Shown piece by piece: positions 1 to 11,410 of a stretch of DNA of 64,000 nt. The stretch comes from Escherichia coli (GTDB lineage Bacteria; Pseudomonadota; Gammaproteobacteria; Enterobacterales; Enterobacteriaceae), in the NCBI RefSeq assembly GCF_003334385.1, contig NZ_QOWN01000022.1, one strand, 5' to 3'. The position numbers and the translations under genes were made by a program. Every line of letters begins with the position of its first letter. Position 1 is the stretch's first letter. The notes under the pieces were generated by a model. That model saw only the letters and a program-made list of their open reading frames with translations. It ran no database searches and was not told the DNA's origin.

Positions 1-84
1 TTATCGTGAGAGTAATTCATCGGCACGTTAAATCATATCAGGCGTAATACCACAACCCTTAAGTTAGCGCTTATGGGCGCTTTT

Positions 85-124
85 CCCCTCACCCTAACCC
101 TCTCCCCAGAGGGGCGAGGGGACC
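85..124. repeat. REP-like imperfect palindromic unit (ccctctcccc-aga-ggggcgaggg stem-loop)
   Basis: Inverted repeat 98-107/111-120 read directly; C/G-rich palindromic unit typical of enterobacterial intergenic repeats; related copy in opposite orientation at 275-307. Confidence 0.4.
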
Positions 125-274
125 GTATTGTGCAAATATTGTTACCCCAGCAACAAACAGGCTCATACAGCCCCTAACCCTTTCATGGCGATGGCTGGGA
201 CGGTTCAGACCTTGCCGAATATTCTCCAGCACCGTCTCCATGTTTTCACCACAACAGCTATTCGGCTCGGTCTG

Positions 275-307
275 CCCCCTCGCTCTTTCAGGGAGAGGGT
301 GACCGGC
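275..307. repeat. second REP-like palindromic unit, overlapping the last codons and stop of ycjD
   Basis: ccccctcgctctttcagggagagggtgacc resembles the reverse complement of the unit at 85-124; ycjD stop codon (288-290) lies inside it. Confidence 0.35.
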
Positions 308-641
308 GGTTCAGTTCCTGCAGAATATTCTCCAGCACCGTCTCCTCATTACAATCAATCTCGTTATTCCAGAAACGCAGCACGGTCCAGCCCTGCGACT
401 CAAGCCAGCTAGTGCGCCTGGAATCATAGGCAACTGCTAAATCATGCTGCCCACCATCCAGCTCAACGACTACACGCGCCGAGCAGCAAGCAAAATCGAG
501 AATGTAGCTCCCCACTGGATGTTGACGGCGAAATTTGAAATCACTAAAACGTCGGCTGCGAAGATATCGCCAGAGCTTTCGTTCCTGCAAAGTGAGATTG
601 CGTCTTAAATCACGCGCATTTGATTTAATTTTATCTATCAC
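288..641 (-). CDS. ycjD: DUF559 / Vsr-like endonuclease-domain protein
   Basis: 117-aa ORF; position immediately downstream of sapF matches E. coli synteny; protein text recognised. Confidence 0.8.
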   Translation of the reverse strand: MIDKIKSNARDLRRNLTLQERKLWRYLRSRRFSDFKFRRQHPVGSYILDFACCSARVVVELDGGQHDLAVAYDSRRTSWLESQGWTVLRFWNNEIDCNEETVLENILQELNRRSPSP

Positions 642-708
642 CTCATTCTGACAAGATTTAATCTTTTGTCAGAATGAGGTGAATAATCTGGAAGGAGGAT
701 TCAGAAAA

Positions 709-1515
709 TTAGCGATCTTTACGCCACGCATCCGCCGTCAATGCCTCGCCAAAATGACCGGCAATCAGCCGTTTGGTGAGTTCATGCAGCGGCGATGCCA
801 GCACATCCGCGGTGCTGCCTCGCTCGACAACCTCGCCCTGATGCATCACCAGCACCTGGTCGCTAATGTGCTTCATCATTCCGATATGCTGGGTAACATA
901 AATATACGAAATGCCCTGTTTTTCCTGTAATTCCAGCATCAGATTAATCAACTGCGAACGCATCGACATATCCAGTGAAGCGAGGGCTTCATCGGCAATA
1001 ATGACTTTTGGGCGCAATATCAGCGCGCGCGCCAGACCCAGACGCTGTTTTTGTCCGGGTGCCAACATATGCGGATAGTAACTGACGTGATCCGGTAGCA
1101 GCCCAACCATACGCATCGTTTCAATAATCTGTTTGCGACGCTGTTCCGGTTCCAGGTCGGTGTTCAGGCGCAGTGGAAAATCCAGAATTTGCGAGATACG
1201 TTGACGGGGATTCAACGAGGTCGAAGGATCCTGAAAAATCATGCGAATACGCTGACTGCGGAAGGAATAATCGCCAAAATGCAGTGGATGATCGTCAATC
1301 AATAACTCGCCGCTGGTAGGCTCTATCATTCCCGCCAGCATTTTTGCCAGCGTGGATTTACCCGAACCATTCTCGCCAATAATCGCCAGTGTCTGGCCTT
1401 CACGTAGCGTAAAGCTCAAGGGTTTTACCGCTTCTACGGTCTGACGACGAAACCAGCCGGTCCGGTAGCGGAACGTTTTACTTAAATTACGCACTTCAAG
1501 CAGCGTTTCGATCAT
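709..1515 (-). CDS. sapF: peptide/putrescine ABC transporter ATP-binding protein SapF
   Basis: 268 aa, Walker A GENGSGKST, last gene of sapABCDF. Confidence 0.93.
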   Translation of the reverse strand: MIETLLEVRNLSKTFRYRTGWFRRQTVEAVKPLSFTLREGQTLAIIGENGSGKSTLAKMLAGMIEPTSGELLIDDHPLHFGDYSFRSQRIRMIFQDPSTSLNPRQRISQILDFPLRLNTDLEPEQRRKQIIETMRMVGLLPDHVSYYPHMLAPGQKQRLGLARALILRPKVIIADEALASLDMSMRSQLINLMLELQEKQGISYIYVTQHIGMMKHISDQVLVMHQGEVVERGSTADVLASPLHELTKRLIAGHFGEALTADAWRKDR

Positions 1516-1516
1516 C

Positions 1517-2509
1517 TCACTCTTTCTCCATGTTCAGCGGGAAATGACAGGCATAGAGATGATTTTTCGCCCCCGTCAAACGTGGCGTCACAATGCATTC
1601 TCGTTGTGCATACGGGCAACGTGGCCCCAGACGACAACCAATCGGTAACTGTTCCAGCAGTGGGATAGCGCCGGGCAGCGTATTGAGGCGACTTTTATGC
1701 GGCATCGCGCTGCCGAAGTCTGGTATCGCGCGGATCAGCGCCTGGGTATAAGGATGATGTGGCATCGTCACCAACTCCTTACTCGGCGCGGTTTCCACTG
1801 TTTGACCGCAGTAAAGCACGTTAATTTTATCCGCCCATTGGCTAAGCATTTGTAAGTCATGGCTGATAAGCAAAATAGTGGTATTGCTGTTTTGGTTGAG
1901 ACGCGTCAGCAGGCGAAAGATTTGCGCCTGGGTTGTTGGCTCCATTGAGTTGGTCGGTTCGTCAGCAATCAGCAGACGCGGTTGATTCGCCAGTGCAATG
2001 GCTATCATCACTTTCTGACATTCACCTTCGGTCAACTCATAGGGAAAACTGCGCATCGCATCTTTGTGATCTTTAATCCCCACGCGGTGCAGCAGTTCAA
2101 TGGCACGGCGTTTGCGCCAGCCAAAACGCTGCCACCAACGGCCTTTATAGGTCCAGGCTGGGATGTTTTGCATCAACTGGCGGCCCACACGTTCTGAAGG
2201 GTCAAGACACGACTGCGGTTCCTGGAAAATCATCGACACGTTATGGCCAACCAGTTTGCGCCGTTCGCGTGCGGAGAGACGCAGCAAATCGATATCATCA
2301 AAACGCATACGGTCAGCAGTAACACGCCAGTTATCTTTATTCACCCCACAAATCGCTTTCGCAATCAAACTCTTGCCGGAACCGGATTCACCAACAAGAC
2401 CGCGGATTTCACCTTCGGTTAAGGTCATACTTACCCGGTCGACGGCTTTAACCCACTCATCACCGGTTTTAAATTCAATGGTCAGGTTACGAATATCGAG
2501 TAATGGCAT
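1517..2509 (-). CDS. sapD: ABC transporter ATP-binding protein SapD
   Basis: 330 aa, Walker A GESGSGKS, Opp/Dpp-type C-terminal extension; 1-nt overlap with sapC. Confidence 0.93.
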
Positions 2510-3399
2510 TATTCCACCCCCGCAATAATCGCACGACGAACGCCATCGCCAAGGAGGTTAACCAACAACACGCTAATCATAATTGCCGCACCTGGCAGCA
2601 TGACAGTCCACGGGGCGACATAAATCAGTTCCAGCGCATCACCGAGCATCGCTCCCCATTCAGGCGAGGGGAGTTGTGCGCCGAGATCGAGAAAGCCCAG
2701 CGCGGCGATATCGAGAATTGCCATCGACAGTGCGCGGGTGATCTCGGTGACCAGCCCGGCGGTGATGTTTGGCATCACAGCAAACCAGAGAATATTCAGC
2801 GTTGATGCGCCATCCAGACGGGCGGCGATAACGTACTCTTTTTCCAGTTCGTCATGCACCATGCTGTAAATCGAACGTACCATACGCGGCAGCAATGCCA
2901 GCCAGACAGCAAACATAGCGTGGGACAAACTCGGTCCGGCAAACGCTACAACGATAATTGCCAACAGCAGCGAAGGGATCGCCAGTAAGGTATCCAGAAT
3001 ATGGTTAAGCACCGCTGAGCGGAGGCCGTGTGTCGCCCCGGCGAAGGTGCCCAGTACCAGGCCACAGATCGTCGCGGCAAGCGTCACCACAAATGCGCCA
3101 CCCACGGTTGGCGCAGCTCCGCTCAGTAAACGGCTTAAAACATCGCGTCCGAGGTCGTCAGTCCCCAGGAAGAAAGAAACTTCGCCATAGCGCGACCATG
3201 ACGGCGGCAATAATTGATAACCGAGAAATTGCTGGTCGATGCCGTAAGGCGCAAACCAGCCGCCAAAAATACACAGTACAGCCAGCCCCGCGCAGCCGTA
3301 CAGGCCGACCATCGCAGAGGCGTCACTATAAAATTTGCGCCAGGCGGTACGCAGCGTGCCCGGCGGGCGCTTTTCGCTGTATACGCTATCGTAAGGCAT
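2509..3399 (-). CDS. sapC: ABC transporter permease SapC
   Basis: 296 aa polytopic membrane protein, DppC/OppC-like; overlaps sapB by 14 nt. Confidence 0.93.
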
Positions 3400-4351
3400 A
3401 CCATTCCTTATGTTTCAGAGGGTTAGCCATGGCACCCAAAATATCAGAAATCACGTTAACAATAATGACCAGTGAGCCACACACCATCACTCCGGCGGAA
3501 ATGGCTGCGTAATCCTGCTGGCGGATGGCGTTAATTAACCAGCGCCCTAAACCCGGCCAGCTAAAAACCATTTCGGTGATCATCGCCAGCGTCAGCATGG
3601 TGGAAAACTGTAAGCCCAGGCGAGGAATAACCGGCGGTAACGCGTTATGCAGAACGTGGCGACGCAAAATAGTAAAGCGCGACAAACCGCGGGTCGCCGC
3701 CGCTTTTACATAGTTCTGGTCATACACTTCGATAGTGCTGATACGCATCAGGCGGATCACTTCAGTTGTTGGCGCAACCGACAGGGTGATCACGGGCAAT
3801 ATCATATGGCGGATTGCGCTCATGATCATTTCATCCCGCCATGGTGAGTCCGAAAGCCAGGCATCAATCAACGCAAAACCGGTAATCGGTTTCACTTCGT
3901 AGAGCAGATCGAAACGCCCTGAAACGGGCAACCAACCTAGCGTGAGTGAACAAAACAGCGTCAACAGAAGCGCCAGCCAGAACACCGGGATTGAAAAGCC
4001 CAGTAAGGCGATGGCGTTGATCAAGTTATCCTGCCACTTATGGCTCGTAATCCCGGCAATCATCCCCACGGGGATGCCAACAATCAGCGCAAAACCGAAG
4101 GCGAGGATGCACAGTTCCATCGTCGCCGGGAAGACCTCTTTTAACTGTTCGGCAATCGGTTGACCGTTAATGCTGGAAACACCAAAATCCCAGTGGATCA
4201 GGCCGTTAAACCAGAACACCCAGGCATTCCACAGTGACGCGCCTTGTAACGGCGCATGAGGGGTGAAATAGCTCAAGCTGAAGCCAACGAAGGTCAGCAG
4301 GAACAAGGTGACAATCAATAACAAAATGCGGCGTAAGGTGAAGATAATCAT
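3386..4351 (-). CDS. sapB: ABC transporter permease SapB
   Basis: 321 aa, DppB/OppB-like permease; 4-nt overlap with sapA. Confidence 0.93.
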
Positions 4352-5991
4352 GGTTTTTTCAGCTCATCCTGTTTCTCGCGATACACCCCAGCAAAGGAGG
4401 CGTTACCAAACGGGCTAAGTACCAGACCTTTGATATCGTACCGATAGGCCTGCAAACGCAATGACGACGCCAGCGGCAAAATGGGCAATTCCTGCGCCAG
4501 AATACTCTGCGCTTCGTCATAGGCTTCAATACGCGCCGCCAGCTGCTGCGAAGAGAGCGCCTTACGCAATACGCTGTCGAATTTCGGATCGCACCAGTGG
4601 GCGAGGTTGGTCTGCGAATGAATTGCCGCGCAGCTCAGTAACGGACGGAAGAAACTGTCCGGGTCGTTACTGTCCGTCGCCCAACCGGATAACGTCAGAT
4701 CATGGCTCATATCCATCAACCGCGCCTCCTGAAAGCGACCTTCTACCGGCACAATCACCACTTTTACGCCAACCTGCGCCATATCCGCCTGAATCAGTTC
4801 GGCAGTTTTCAGTGGACTGGGGTTCCACGCCTGCGAACGTGTGGGCACCCACAGTTTCAGCGTTAAATTTTCCAGCCCCAACGACTTCAACTGTTCGCGC
4901 GATTTCGCCGGATTGTATTCAGTAATTTTAGCCTCGTTGTCATAGGCCCACGAGGCGCGCGGTAAAATAGAGGCCGCCGTTTCAGCCGTACCATAATAGA
5001 TGGATTGCATCAGGCGCTGGTTATTAATCGCCAGTGCCAGCGCATGGCGGACAGCGGGATTATTTAGCGGCGGTTTGGCGGTGTTAAATGCCAGATAGGC
5101 GACGTTCATCCCAGGACGCAGCGTTAAACGCAAGCGCGGGTCGTCACGCAAAATGGATAGCTGGCTGGCAGCAGGCCAGGCCAGAACGTCGCATTCCCCG
5201 GTCAGGAGTTTCGACAGACGTCCGGTGCCGCCGGAGCCTAAATCCACCACTACCTGCGGCATTAACGGTTTACCGCGCCAGAAGTCATCATGACGTTGTA
5301 GGCGAATAAATTGCCCGGCGCGGTATTCCGACAACTGATACGGACCGGTGCCGACCGGTTGACGGTCGAGTTGCTCCTGGCGATCTTCTTTCTCTAACTT
5401 CCGGGCATATTCTGCCGACATGACCGAAGCATAATGGGTTGCGAGGTGCCACAAAAAAGAAGCATCCGGCTGGGCGAGTCGGAACTCAACGGTATGATTA
5501 TCCAGTTTGCGGACGCTTTTCACGTTATCGGCAAATTGCAGGCTGTCGAAGTAGGGGAAGTTGCTGCCGTTGACGTTATGCCACGGGTTGTTGCGGTCAA
5601 AAATTCGCTGGAAGGTAAACACCACATCGTCGGCATTCATTTTACGAGTGGGAGTAAACCAGTCGGTTTTTTGAAACGGAACATCGCGACGCAGGTGGAA
5701 GCGATAGGTCGCGCCGTTGTCGAGTACTTCCCAGCTTTCGGCAAGTTCCGGCATCAGGCGATAGGTATAGGGATCGACATCCAGCAGTCGATCATAAAAC
5801 TGGGCGGCAAGGGTATCGACAATTAACCCACTGCTCGCTTTGGATGGGTTAAAGGTGTTGACTTGCCCGCTGACGCAATAGACAAAACCGCTGTCGCGGA
5901 TATCAGCATGCGGGGGAGATTCAGGCGCGGCGATTGCCTGACCACTCACAAGTCCAGCAATCACCAAAAGAGACGATAATACCTGGCGCAT
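4348..5991 (-). CDS. sapA: periplasmic substrate-binding protein SapA
   Basis: 547 aa with N-terminal signal peptide; family-5 solute-binding protein. Confidence 0.93.
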   Translation of the reverse strand: MRQVLSSLLVIAGLVSGQAIAAPESPPHADIRDSGFVYCVSGQVNTFNPSKASSGLIVDTLAAQFYDRLLDVDPYTYRLMPELAESWEVLDNGATYRFHLRRDVPFQKTDWFTPTRKMNADDVVFTFQRIFDRNNPWHNVNGSNFPYFDSLQFADNVKSVRKLDNHTVEFRLAQPDASFLWHLATHYASVMSAEYARKLEKEDRQEQLDRQPVGTGPYQLSEYRAGQFIRLQRHDDFWRGKPLMPQVVVDLGSGGTGRLSKLLTGECDVLAWPAASQLSILRDDPRLRLTLRPGMNVAYLAFNTAKPPLNNPAVRHALALAINNQRLMQSIYYGTAETAASILPRASWAYDNEAKITEYNPAKSREQLKSLGLENLTLKLWVPTRSQAWNPSPLKTAELIQADMAQVGVKVVIVPVEGRFQEARLMDMSHDLTLSGWATDSNDPDSFFRPLLSCAAIHSQTNLAHWCDPKFDSVLRKALSSQQLAARIEAYDEAQSILAQELPILPLASSLRLQAYRYDIKGLVLSPFGNASFAGVYREKQDELKKP

Positions 5992-6237
5992 AATATTAAG
6001 GGATTTTATGTAAAGAGGCTATCTTACTAATATTTAATGACATTTGCCATTACCGTTTGTGTTCAGGGGTCGTAATGAGGGCCGTGTGGTTGGTCGTTGA
6101 ACAGGTGACGTCGCCATCTGTTCAACATTCGTACCCGTGATTTCTCTATAACTATAACTCACAGAACAACTTAGCGAGGAGCAGAGCGGTACGATCGTGA
6201 GAAACCCATTAAAGCACGCTGCAGTGCGTGTCATTGT

Positions 6238-6275
6238 TAGCCAGATGCGGCGTGAACGCTTTATCCGGACAACGA
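6238..6275. repeat. REP element
   Basis: gccagatgcggcgtgaacgctttatccggac matches the REP consensus halves GATGCGGCG ... CTTATCCGG. Confidence 0.5.
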
Positions 6276-6303
6276 TACTGACCGATCGTCTGCAATTAAA
6301 TCA

Positions 6304-6549
6304 TTACTCATTACCCCATTGATTCAAAAACTCTGCGATCTCATCAATGCGTACGGGATTAATCCCCGCTTCAGCAGCCATTTCATGTTGGGCTTCTTCG
6401 CTGATCTCTTCATTGTTCATCAAACGGGTGAGCAGTAACTGGAAGTAGTGGGCCAGCGGTGTGCGTTCAGCCTCTGCGACAGGCTCTGCGCATTCGGTCG
6501 CGTACTCATCGGCAATATCAAAATATTTTAGCGGGATATCGTGGTTCAT
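6304..6549 (-). CDS. ymjA: small conserved protein YmjA
   Basis: 81-aa acidic ORF between sapA and puuP, as in E. coli. Confidence 0.7.
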
Positions 6550-6682
6550 TATTTGCCCCTGGGGTTAATGCGCTAAGCATAAGGGCGGATGATAGCACTC
6601 GTGATCCGGGTCATACATCTTTTTATAGTTAATGGCGCGGCGCGTTACCCTCAGGCAGGATAATGCGCCGCGCATCCGACTA

Positions 6683-8068
6683 TTACGTTTCACTCACCGG
6701 CGTTCTGTCACCATCATACAACGGCACTTTGCGATAGCGGCGGATCAGATACCATAAATATGCGCCGCCTAACGAAGCCCATACCAGACCGAGTGTCAGT
6801 GACGTTGACTCGAGGTTAACCCACAGCACACCCACCGTCAGCGCGCCAACCAGCGGCATCAGCAAATAGTGGAAGTGATCCTTCCAGCTTTTATTCATTC
6901 CTTTACGCCGCCAGAAATGATTAAACACCGACAGATTCACGAAGGTAAACGCCACCAGAGCACCGAAGTTAATTAACGCTGTGGCGGTAACTAAATCGAA
7001 GAACAGCGCCGACAACGCGACAATCCCGACCATAATGACGTTGAGTGCCGGAGTCCGCCATTTTGGGTGCACATAGCCAAACACGCGCTCCGGAAACACA
7101 TTGTCACGCCCCATCACATACAGCAGACGCGACACGCTGGCATGTGAAGCCAGGCCAGAGGCTAACGTGTTCACAAACGTGGTGCAGAGGAAAATCGACT
7201 GGAAGAGCTTGCCGCCGACGTACAGCGCAATTTCAGGCAGTGCGGCATCCGGATCTTTAAAGCGGCTGATATCGGGAAAGAACAGCTGCATAAAGAACGA
7301 CGCCGCGATAAAGATAACGCCACCGTAGACCGCCGTCAGGAAGATGGCTTTCGGGATCACGCGTGCGGCGTCCGGCGTCTCTTCCGAAAGCGTGGTCACC
7401 GCATCGAAACCGAGGAAGGAGAAACAGACAATCGTCGCCCCGGTAATAATCGGGATCAGGTGCGCGTTCTCGCTGATAAACGGCTGAAGTGACCAGACGG
7501 TGCCAACGCCTTCTCCTTTATGCAGTCCCTGAACTACCAGGAAGATAAACACCACCATGATGGAGATTTGCACCAGTACAAACAGGGTATTGAAGTTAGC
7601 GACCAGGTTGACGCTCTTCAGATTCGCGGCGGTTAAAATGGCGACGAAGGTTACCACCCACACCCACGGCGGCACTTCCGGGAAGAGGGCGGAGAGATAG
7701 ATTTTCGCCAACAAGACGTTAATCATCGGCAAAAAGAGATAATCCAGCAGCGATGACCAGCCGACCATAAATCCGACGTGCGGGTTAATCGACTTTTGCG
7801 CGTAGGTATAGGCCGAACCGGCCTCCGGAAACTGGCGAACCAGTTTGCCGTAGCTGATAGCGGTAAACAGCACACCCGCCAGCGCCAGCAAATAGGACGC
7901 CGGAACGTGACCGTCGCTAATGCCGGAGACAATACCAAAAGTATCAAATACGGTCATCGGCGTGAGATAGGCCAGACCCATCATCACCACCTGCCACAAT
8001 TTCAGTGATTTTCGCAGACGGGTTTTGCCGGGTTGCGCAGCAATATTCAGTGGTGAATTAATAGCCAT
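6683..8068 (-). CDS. puuP: putrescine importer PuuP (APC family)
   Basis: ORF-track ORF trimmed to the [15 protein letters not shown] start (461 aa); 12-TM amino-acid/polyamine permease. Confidence 0.9.
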
Positions 8069-8345
8069 AATTGCTGCCTCCCCTGCGTAATAAGGTTTGC
8101 GGTCGTGTCGACCTGAAATCAAACCTGTTTAGCAAGGGAAGCAAAGGGGGCGGAGTCCAGTCAGTAGCAGGAGGGGCGCATACGCAGCCTCCCTCGCCAT
8201 GCGGGGATTTAATCATCGGCATCATCTCATTTCCTCGTCACAGTCTTAATCGTTAACGGAAGCCCGTTGCCGCCCGCGCTCCATAACGCGACATCCGGGA
8301 AATGTCTGGATTACCAGCAAATGTCAGGCCTGGCTCCGCTCAGGC

Positions 8346-8370
8346 CGATGAAACAACCCCGCAAGGGGTA
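8346..8370 (-). terminator. hairpin immediately downstream of the puuA stop (possible attenuator between puuA and puuP)
   Basis: ccccgcaagggg stem-loop at 8357-8368 followed on the minus strand by a weak U-rich tract. Confidence 0.35.
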
Positions 8371-9789
8371 TTACGCGTTTTTCAACATCCACTCAATTTC
8401 TGTTTCTGTGATGAGGCGCTCAAACTGCAACAGCTCATCATTTTTACAGGCGTGATAGACATGGCAGAAGCGTTCGCCTAAATAGCGGCGCAGGTGATCA
8501 TTCTCGATAAACTCACCCAGGGCATCGCTCTGGCGAATCGGAAAGGGTAAGCCTTCCTGTTCCAGCCCGTTGCCTTCGACTTCTTCCTGCAACGGCAGCT
8601 CGTTATCAAGGCCATGCAAAATACCGGCAAAAATCGCTGCCATCACCAGATATGGGTTGGCATCGGCACCCGCCACGCGATATTCCACGCGGTGATTATG
8701 ACGGTCGCCGCACGGAATACGCAGGGCGACGGTGCGGTTGTTATGGCCCCACGACGCCTGCGTCGGCACATACATTCCCGGCTGGAAGCGGCGATACGAG
8801 TTCACGTTTGGTGCCAGCAACGCCATCGACGACGGCATCAGGTCAATCATCCCGGCGAGCATCTTTTTCAGCAGCGGCGAATCTTCGCCTTCCGCGTCAG
8901 AAAGCACGTTCTCGCCACGATTATTTTGCATACTGATATGGATATGCATTCCGCTGCCCGCGTGCTCTTCATACGGCTTCGCCATAAAAGTGGCGTGCAT
9001 CTTATGCTTTTCTGCCATCAGACGCACCAGGCGTTTTAGTGCCAGCGCATCATCGCAGGCTTCCAGCACGTTATCAGTATGGTAAAGGTTGATTTCAAAC
9101 TGACCCGGCGAGGCCTCAGCGACCGCGCCATCTGCCGGAATCAGCTGTAACTGCGCCAGTTCATCAATATCATTGAGCACGTCGGCGAAGTGGTTGAGGT
9201 TATCAACGGAGTAAACCTGGCTTTGTGTATTGCGGTCATCGGTGCCAGGCGCGCAGGGCGGTTGCAGATACCCTTCAGCGTCGCGCTGGCGATCCAGTAA
9301 ATAGAACTCCAGCTCTACCGCTACGACCGGGAACAATCCGCGCTGGCGCAGCTGCTGCCACAGGCGGTTAAGAACGTTCCGCGGCTCAACGTCAAAGGGA
9401 GCGCCATCTTCATCGACCATGGTCAGGAGCATCTGACCGATAAACTCTGGATCGGCGGCAGAAGGAGTTAAGGAACCGAGAACAGGAACACAGGTACGAT
9501 CCGGCTCGCCCATTTCCTGACCCAGACCTGCTTCTTCTACTACGTTGCCCAGAATATCCATTGCAAATACCGAGGCCGGGAAATAACACCCTTTCTCGAG
9601 CTTCTTCAGGCTTGAAACAGGAATACGCTTTCCACGGAAGCAACCATTTAAATCGGTAAGTAAAACATCAACATATTGCGTATTCGGGTAGCGCTCCAGG
9701 TAGCGTTTCACTTCCTGCGTAAAGGCGCTACCCCGCCTCTCTTCTGACTGCTGAACAAAGTTCTCTACTTCAACGATATTGGTTTCCAT
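8371..9789 (-). CDS. puuA: glutamate-putrescine ligase PuuA (glutamine synthetase family)
   Basis: Start set at METNIVEV (472 aa); GS-like catalytic domain text. Confidence 0.93.
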   Translation of the reverse strand: METNIVEVENFVQQSEERRGSAFTQEVKRYLERYPNTQYVDVLLTDLNGCFRGKRIPVSSLKKLEKGCYFPASVFAMDILGNVVEEAGLGQEMGEPDRTCVPVLGSLTPSAADPEFIGQMLLTMVDEDGAPFDVEPRNVLNRLWQQLRQRGLFPVVAVELEFYLLDRQRDAEGYLQPPCAPGTDDRNTQSQVYSVDNLNHFADVLNDIDELAQLQLIPADGAVAEASPGQFEINLYHTDNVLEACDDALALKRLVRLMAEKHKMHATFMAKPYEEHAGSGMHIHISMQNNRGENVLSDAEGEDSPLLKKMLAGMIDLMPSSMALLAPNVNSYRRFQPGMYVPTQASWGHNNRTVALRIPCGDRHNHRVEYRVAGADANPYLVMAAIFAGILHGLDNELPLQEEVEGNGLEQEGLPFPIRQSDALGEFIENDHLRRYLGERFCHVYHACKNDELLQFERLITETEIEWMLKNA

Positions 9790-9832
9790 GATTCTTCGCC
9801 TTTGGTTTGTTTTCCGCTCGTTATCAAAGCGT

Positions 9833-9847
9833 AAAATATAATGACCA
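9833..9847 (+). promoter_or_regulatory. PuuR operator-like box (aaaatataatgacca)
   Basis: 14/15 match to the PuuR recognition 15-mer AAAATATAATGAACA as I recall it from the literature; in the puuA-puuD divergent region. Confidence 0.5.
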
Positions 9848-10000
9848 CCATTCGAATCTGTATGCAAACTAAATGTTTGTCAAATGTTAAATTGAGTTTG
9901 CAAAAATGAAAACCCACTGCTAGATTGAAAAAATATTGAACATAAAGGTCATTTAAAGCGCAGTAATGGCGATAATTTAGTCCACTTTGTGAGATTGAGC

Positions 10001-10765
10001 ATGGAAAATATAATGAACAATCCGGTTATCGGTGTCGTAATGTGCAGGAACAGGCTTAAGGGTCATGCGACCCAGACTCTGCAAGAAAAGTACCTGAATG
10101 CCATCATCCATGCAGGCGGCTTGCCTATTGCGCTACCACATGCGCTGGCGGAACCGTCATTACTTGAACAACTTTTGCCGAAACTCGATGGCATTTATCT
10201 TCCTGGTAGTCCCAGCAATGTGCAGTCGCACCTATATGGTGAAAACGGCGATGAGCCTGACGCCGATCCCGGGCGTGATCTTCTGAGCATGGCGATAATT
10301 AATGCCGCACTCGAAAGGCGCATCCCCATTTTCGCCATCTGCCGGGGTTTACAAGAACTGGTGGTGGCAACCGGTGGTTCGTTGCATCGCAAGCTGTGCG
10401 AACAGCCTGAATTGCTGGAACATCGGGAAGATCCCGAACTGCCGGTGGAACAGCAATATGCACCGTCGCATGAAGTTCAGGTTGAAGAGGGGGGATTACT
10501 GTCTGCGTTGTTACCTGAATGTAGCAACTTTTGGGTAAACTCTCTACATGGACAAGGGGCGAAGGTCGTTAGCCCACGGTTGCGTGTTGAAGCTCGCTCG
10601 CCGGATGGCTTAGTTGAGGCGGTTAGCGTCATCAATCATCCTTTTGCGCTGGGCGTACAGTGGCACCCGGAATGGAACAGTAGCGAGTACGCGCTTTCGC
10701 GTATATTGTTCGAGGGCTTTATCACCGCTTGTCAGCACCATATCGCTGAAAAACAGCGACTCTGA
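10001..10765 (+). CDS. puuD: gamma-glutamyl-gamma-aminobutyrate hydrolase PuuD (class-I glutamine amidotransferase fold)
   Basis: Start set at MENIMNNPVIGVV (254 aa). Confidence 0.9.
   Translation: MENIMNNPVIGVVMCRNRLKGHATQTLQEKYLNAIIHAGGLPIALPHALAEPSLLEQLLPKLDGIYLPGSPSNVQSHLYGENGDEPDADPGRDLLSMAIINAALERRIPIFAICRGLQELVVATGGSLHRKLCEQPELLEHREDPELPVEQQYAPSHEVQVEEGGLLSALLPECSNFWVNSLHGQGAKVVSPRLRVEARSPDGLVEAVSVINHPFALGVQWHPEWNSSEYALSRILFEGFITACQHHIAEKQRL
10005..10019 (+). promoter_or_regulatory. PuuR operator-like box (aaaatataatgaaca), overlapping puuD codons 2-7
   Basis: Exact 15/15 copy of the recalled PuuR 15-mer; a degenerate copy also at 9928-9943. Confidence 0.5.
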
Positions 10766-10791
10766 CCACTACAGTTTAAGGAAATGCAAAT

Positions 10792-11349
10792 ATGAGTGAT
10801 GAGGGACTGGCGCCAGGAAAACGCTTGTCGGAAATCCGCCAGCAGCAGGGGCTTTCACAACGTCGTGCCGCCGAACTCTCCGGGCTGACTCACAGTGCTA
10901 TCAGTACGATAGAACAAGATAAAGTCAGCCCTGCCATCAGTACGCTGCAAAAGCTGCTGAAGGTGTATGGTCTGTCACTCTCGGAATTCTTTTCCGAGCC
11001 GGAAAAACCTGATGAGCCGCAGGTCGTCATTAATCAGGACGACTTAATTGAGATGGGTAGTCAGGGTGTGTCAATGAAGCTGGTTCATAACGGTAACCCG
11101 AATCGCACGCTGGCGATGATCTTTGAAACGTACCAGCCGGGCACAACCACTGGGGAAAGAATTAAGCATCAGGGTGAGGAAATAGGCACTGTACTGGAAG
11201 GTGAAATTGTTCTGACGATTAATGGTCAGGATTACCACCTCGTCGCGGGGCAAAGTTATGCCATTAATACCGGCATCCCGCACAGTTTCAGTAATACGTC
11301 GGCAGGTATTTGCCGAATTATCAGCGCCCATACGCCCACCACGTTTTAA
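10792..11349 (+). CDS. puuR: HTH/cupin repressor PuuR
   Basis: 185 aa; N-terminal XRE-type HTH and C-terminal cupin. Confidence 0.9.
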   Translation: MSDEGLAPGKRLSEIRQQQGLSQRRAAELSGLTHSAISTIEQDKVSPAISTLQKLLKVYGLSLSEFFSEPEKPDEPQVVINQDDLIEMGSQGVSMKLVHNGNPNRTLAMIFETYQPGTTTGERIKHQGEEIGTVLEGEIVLTINGQDYHLVAGQSYAINTGIPHSFSNTSAGICRIISAHTPTTF

Positions 11350-11410
11350 TCTTTTTGTTCTGTAAGCCGGGTAAGCGCAATGCGCCCGGCAATCTATACA
11401 CAAAATCATT

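Noticed and set aside
128-412. 94-aa ORF on the plus strand
   Set aside because: Antisense to ycjD and runs through the REP-like palindromic units; no SD and no recognisable protein features. Treated as a chance ORF.
5434-5826. 130-aa ORF antisense within sapA
   Set aside because: Fully embedded in the well-supported sapA coding region on the opposite strand.
6034-6234. 66-aa ORF in the sapA upstream region
   Set aside because: Lies in the sapA promoter/leader region next to a REP element; Cys/Ser-rich low-complexity translation, no SD.
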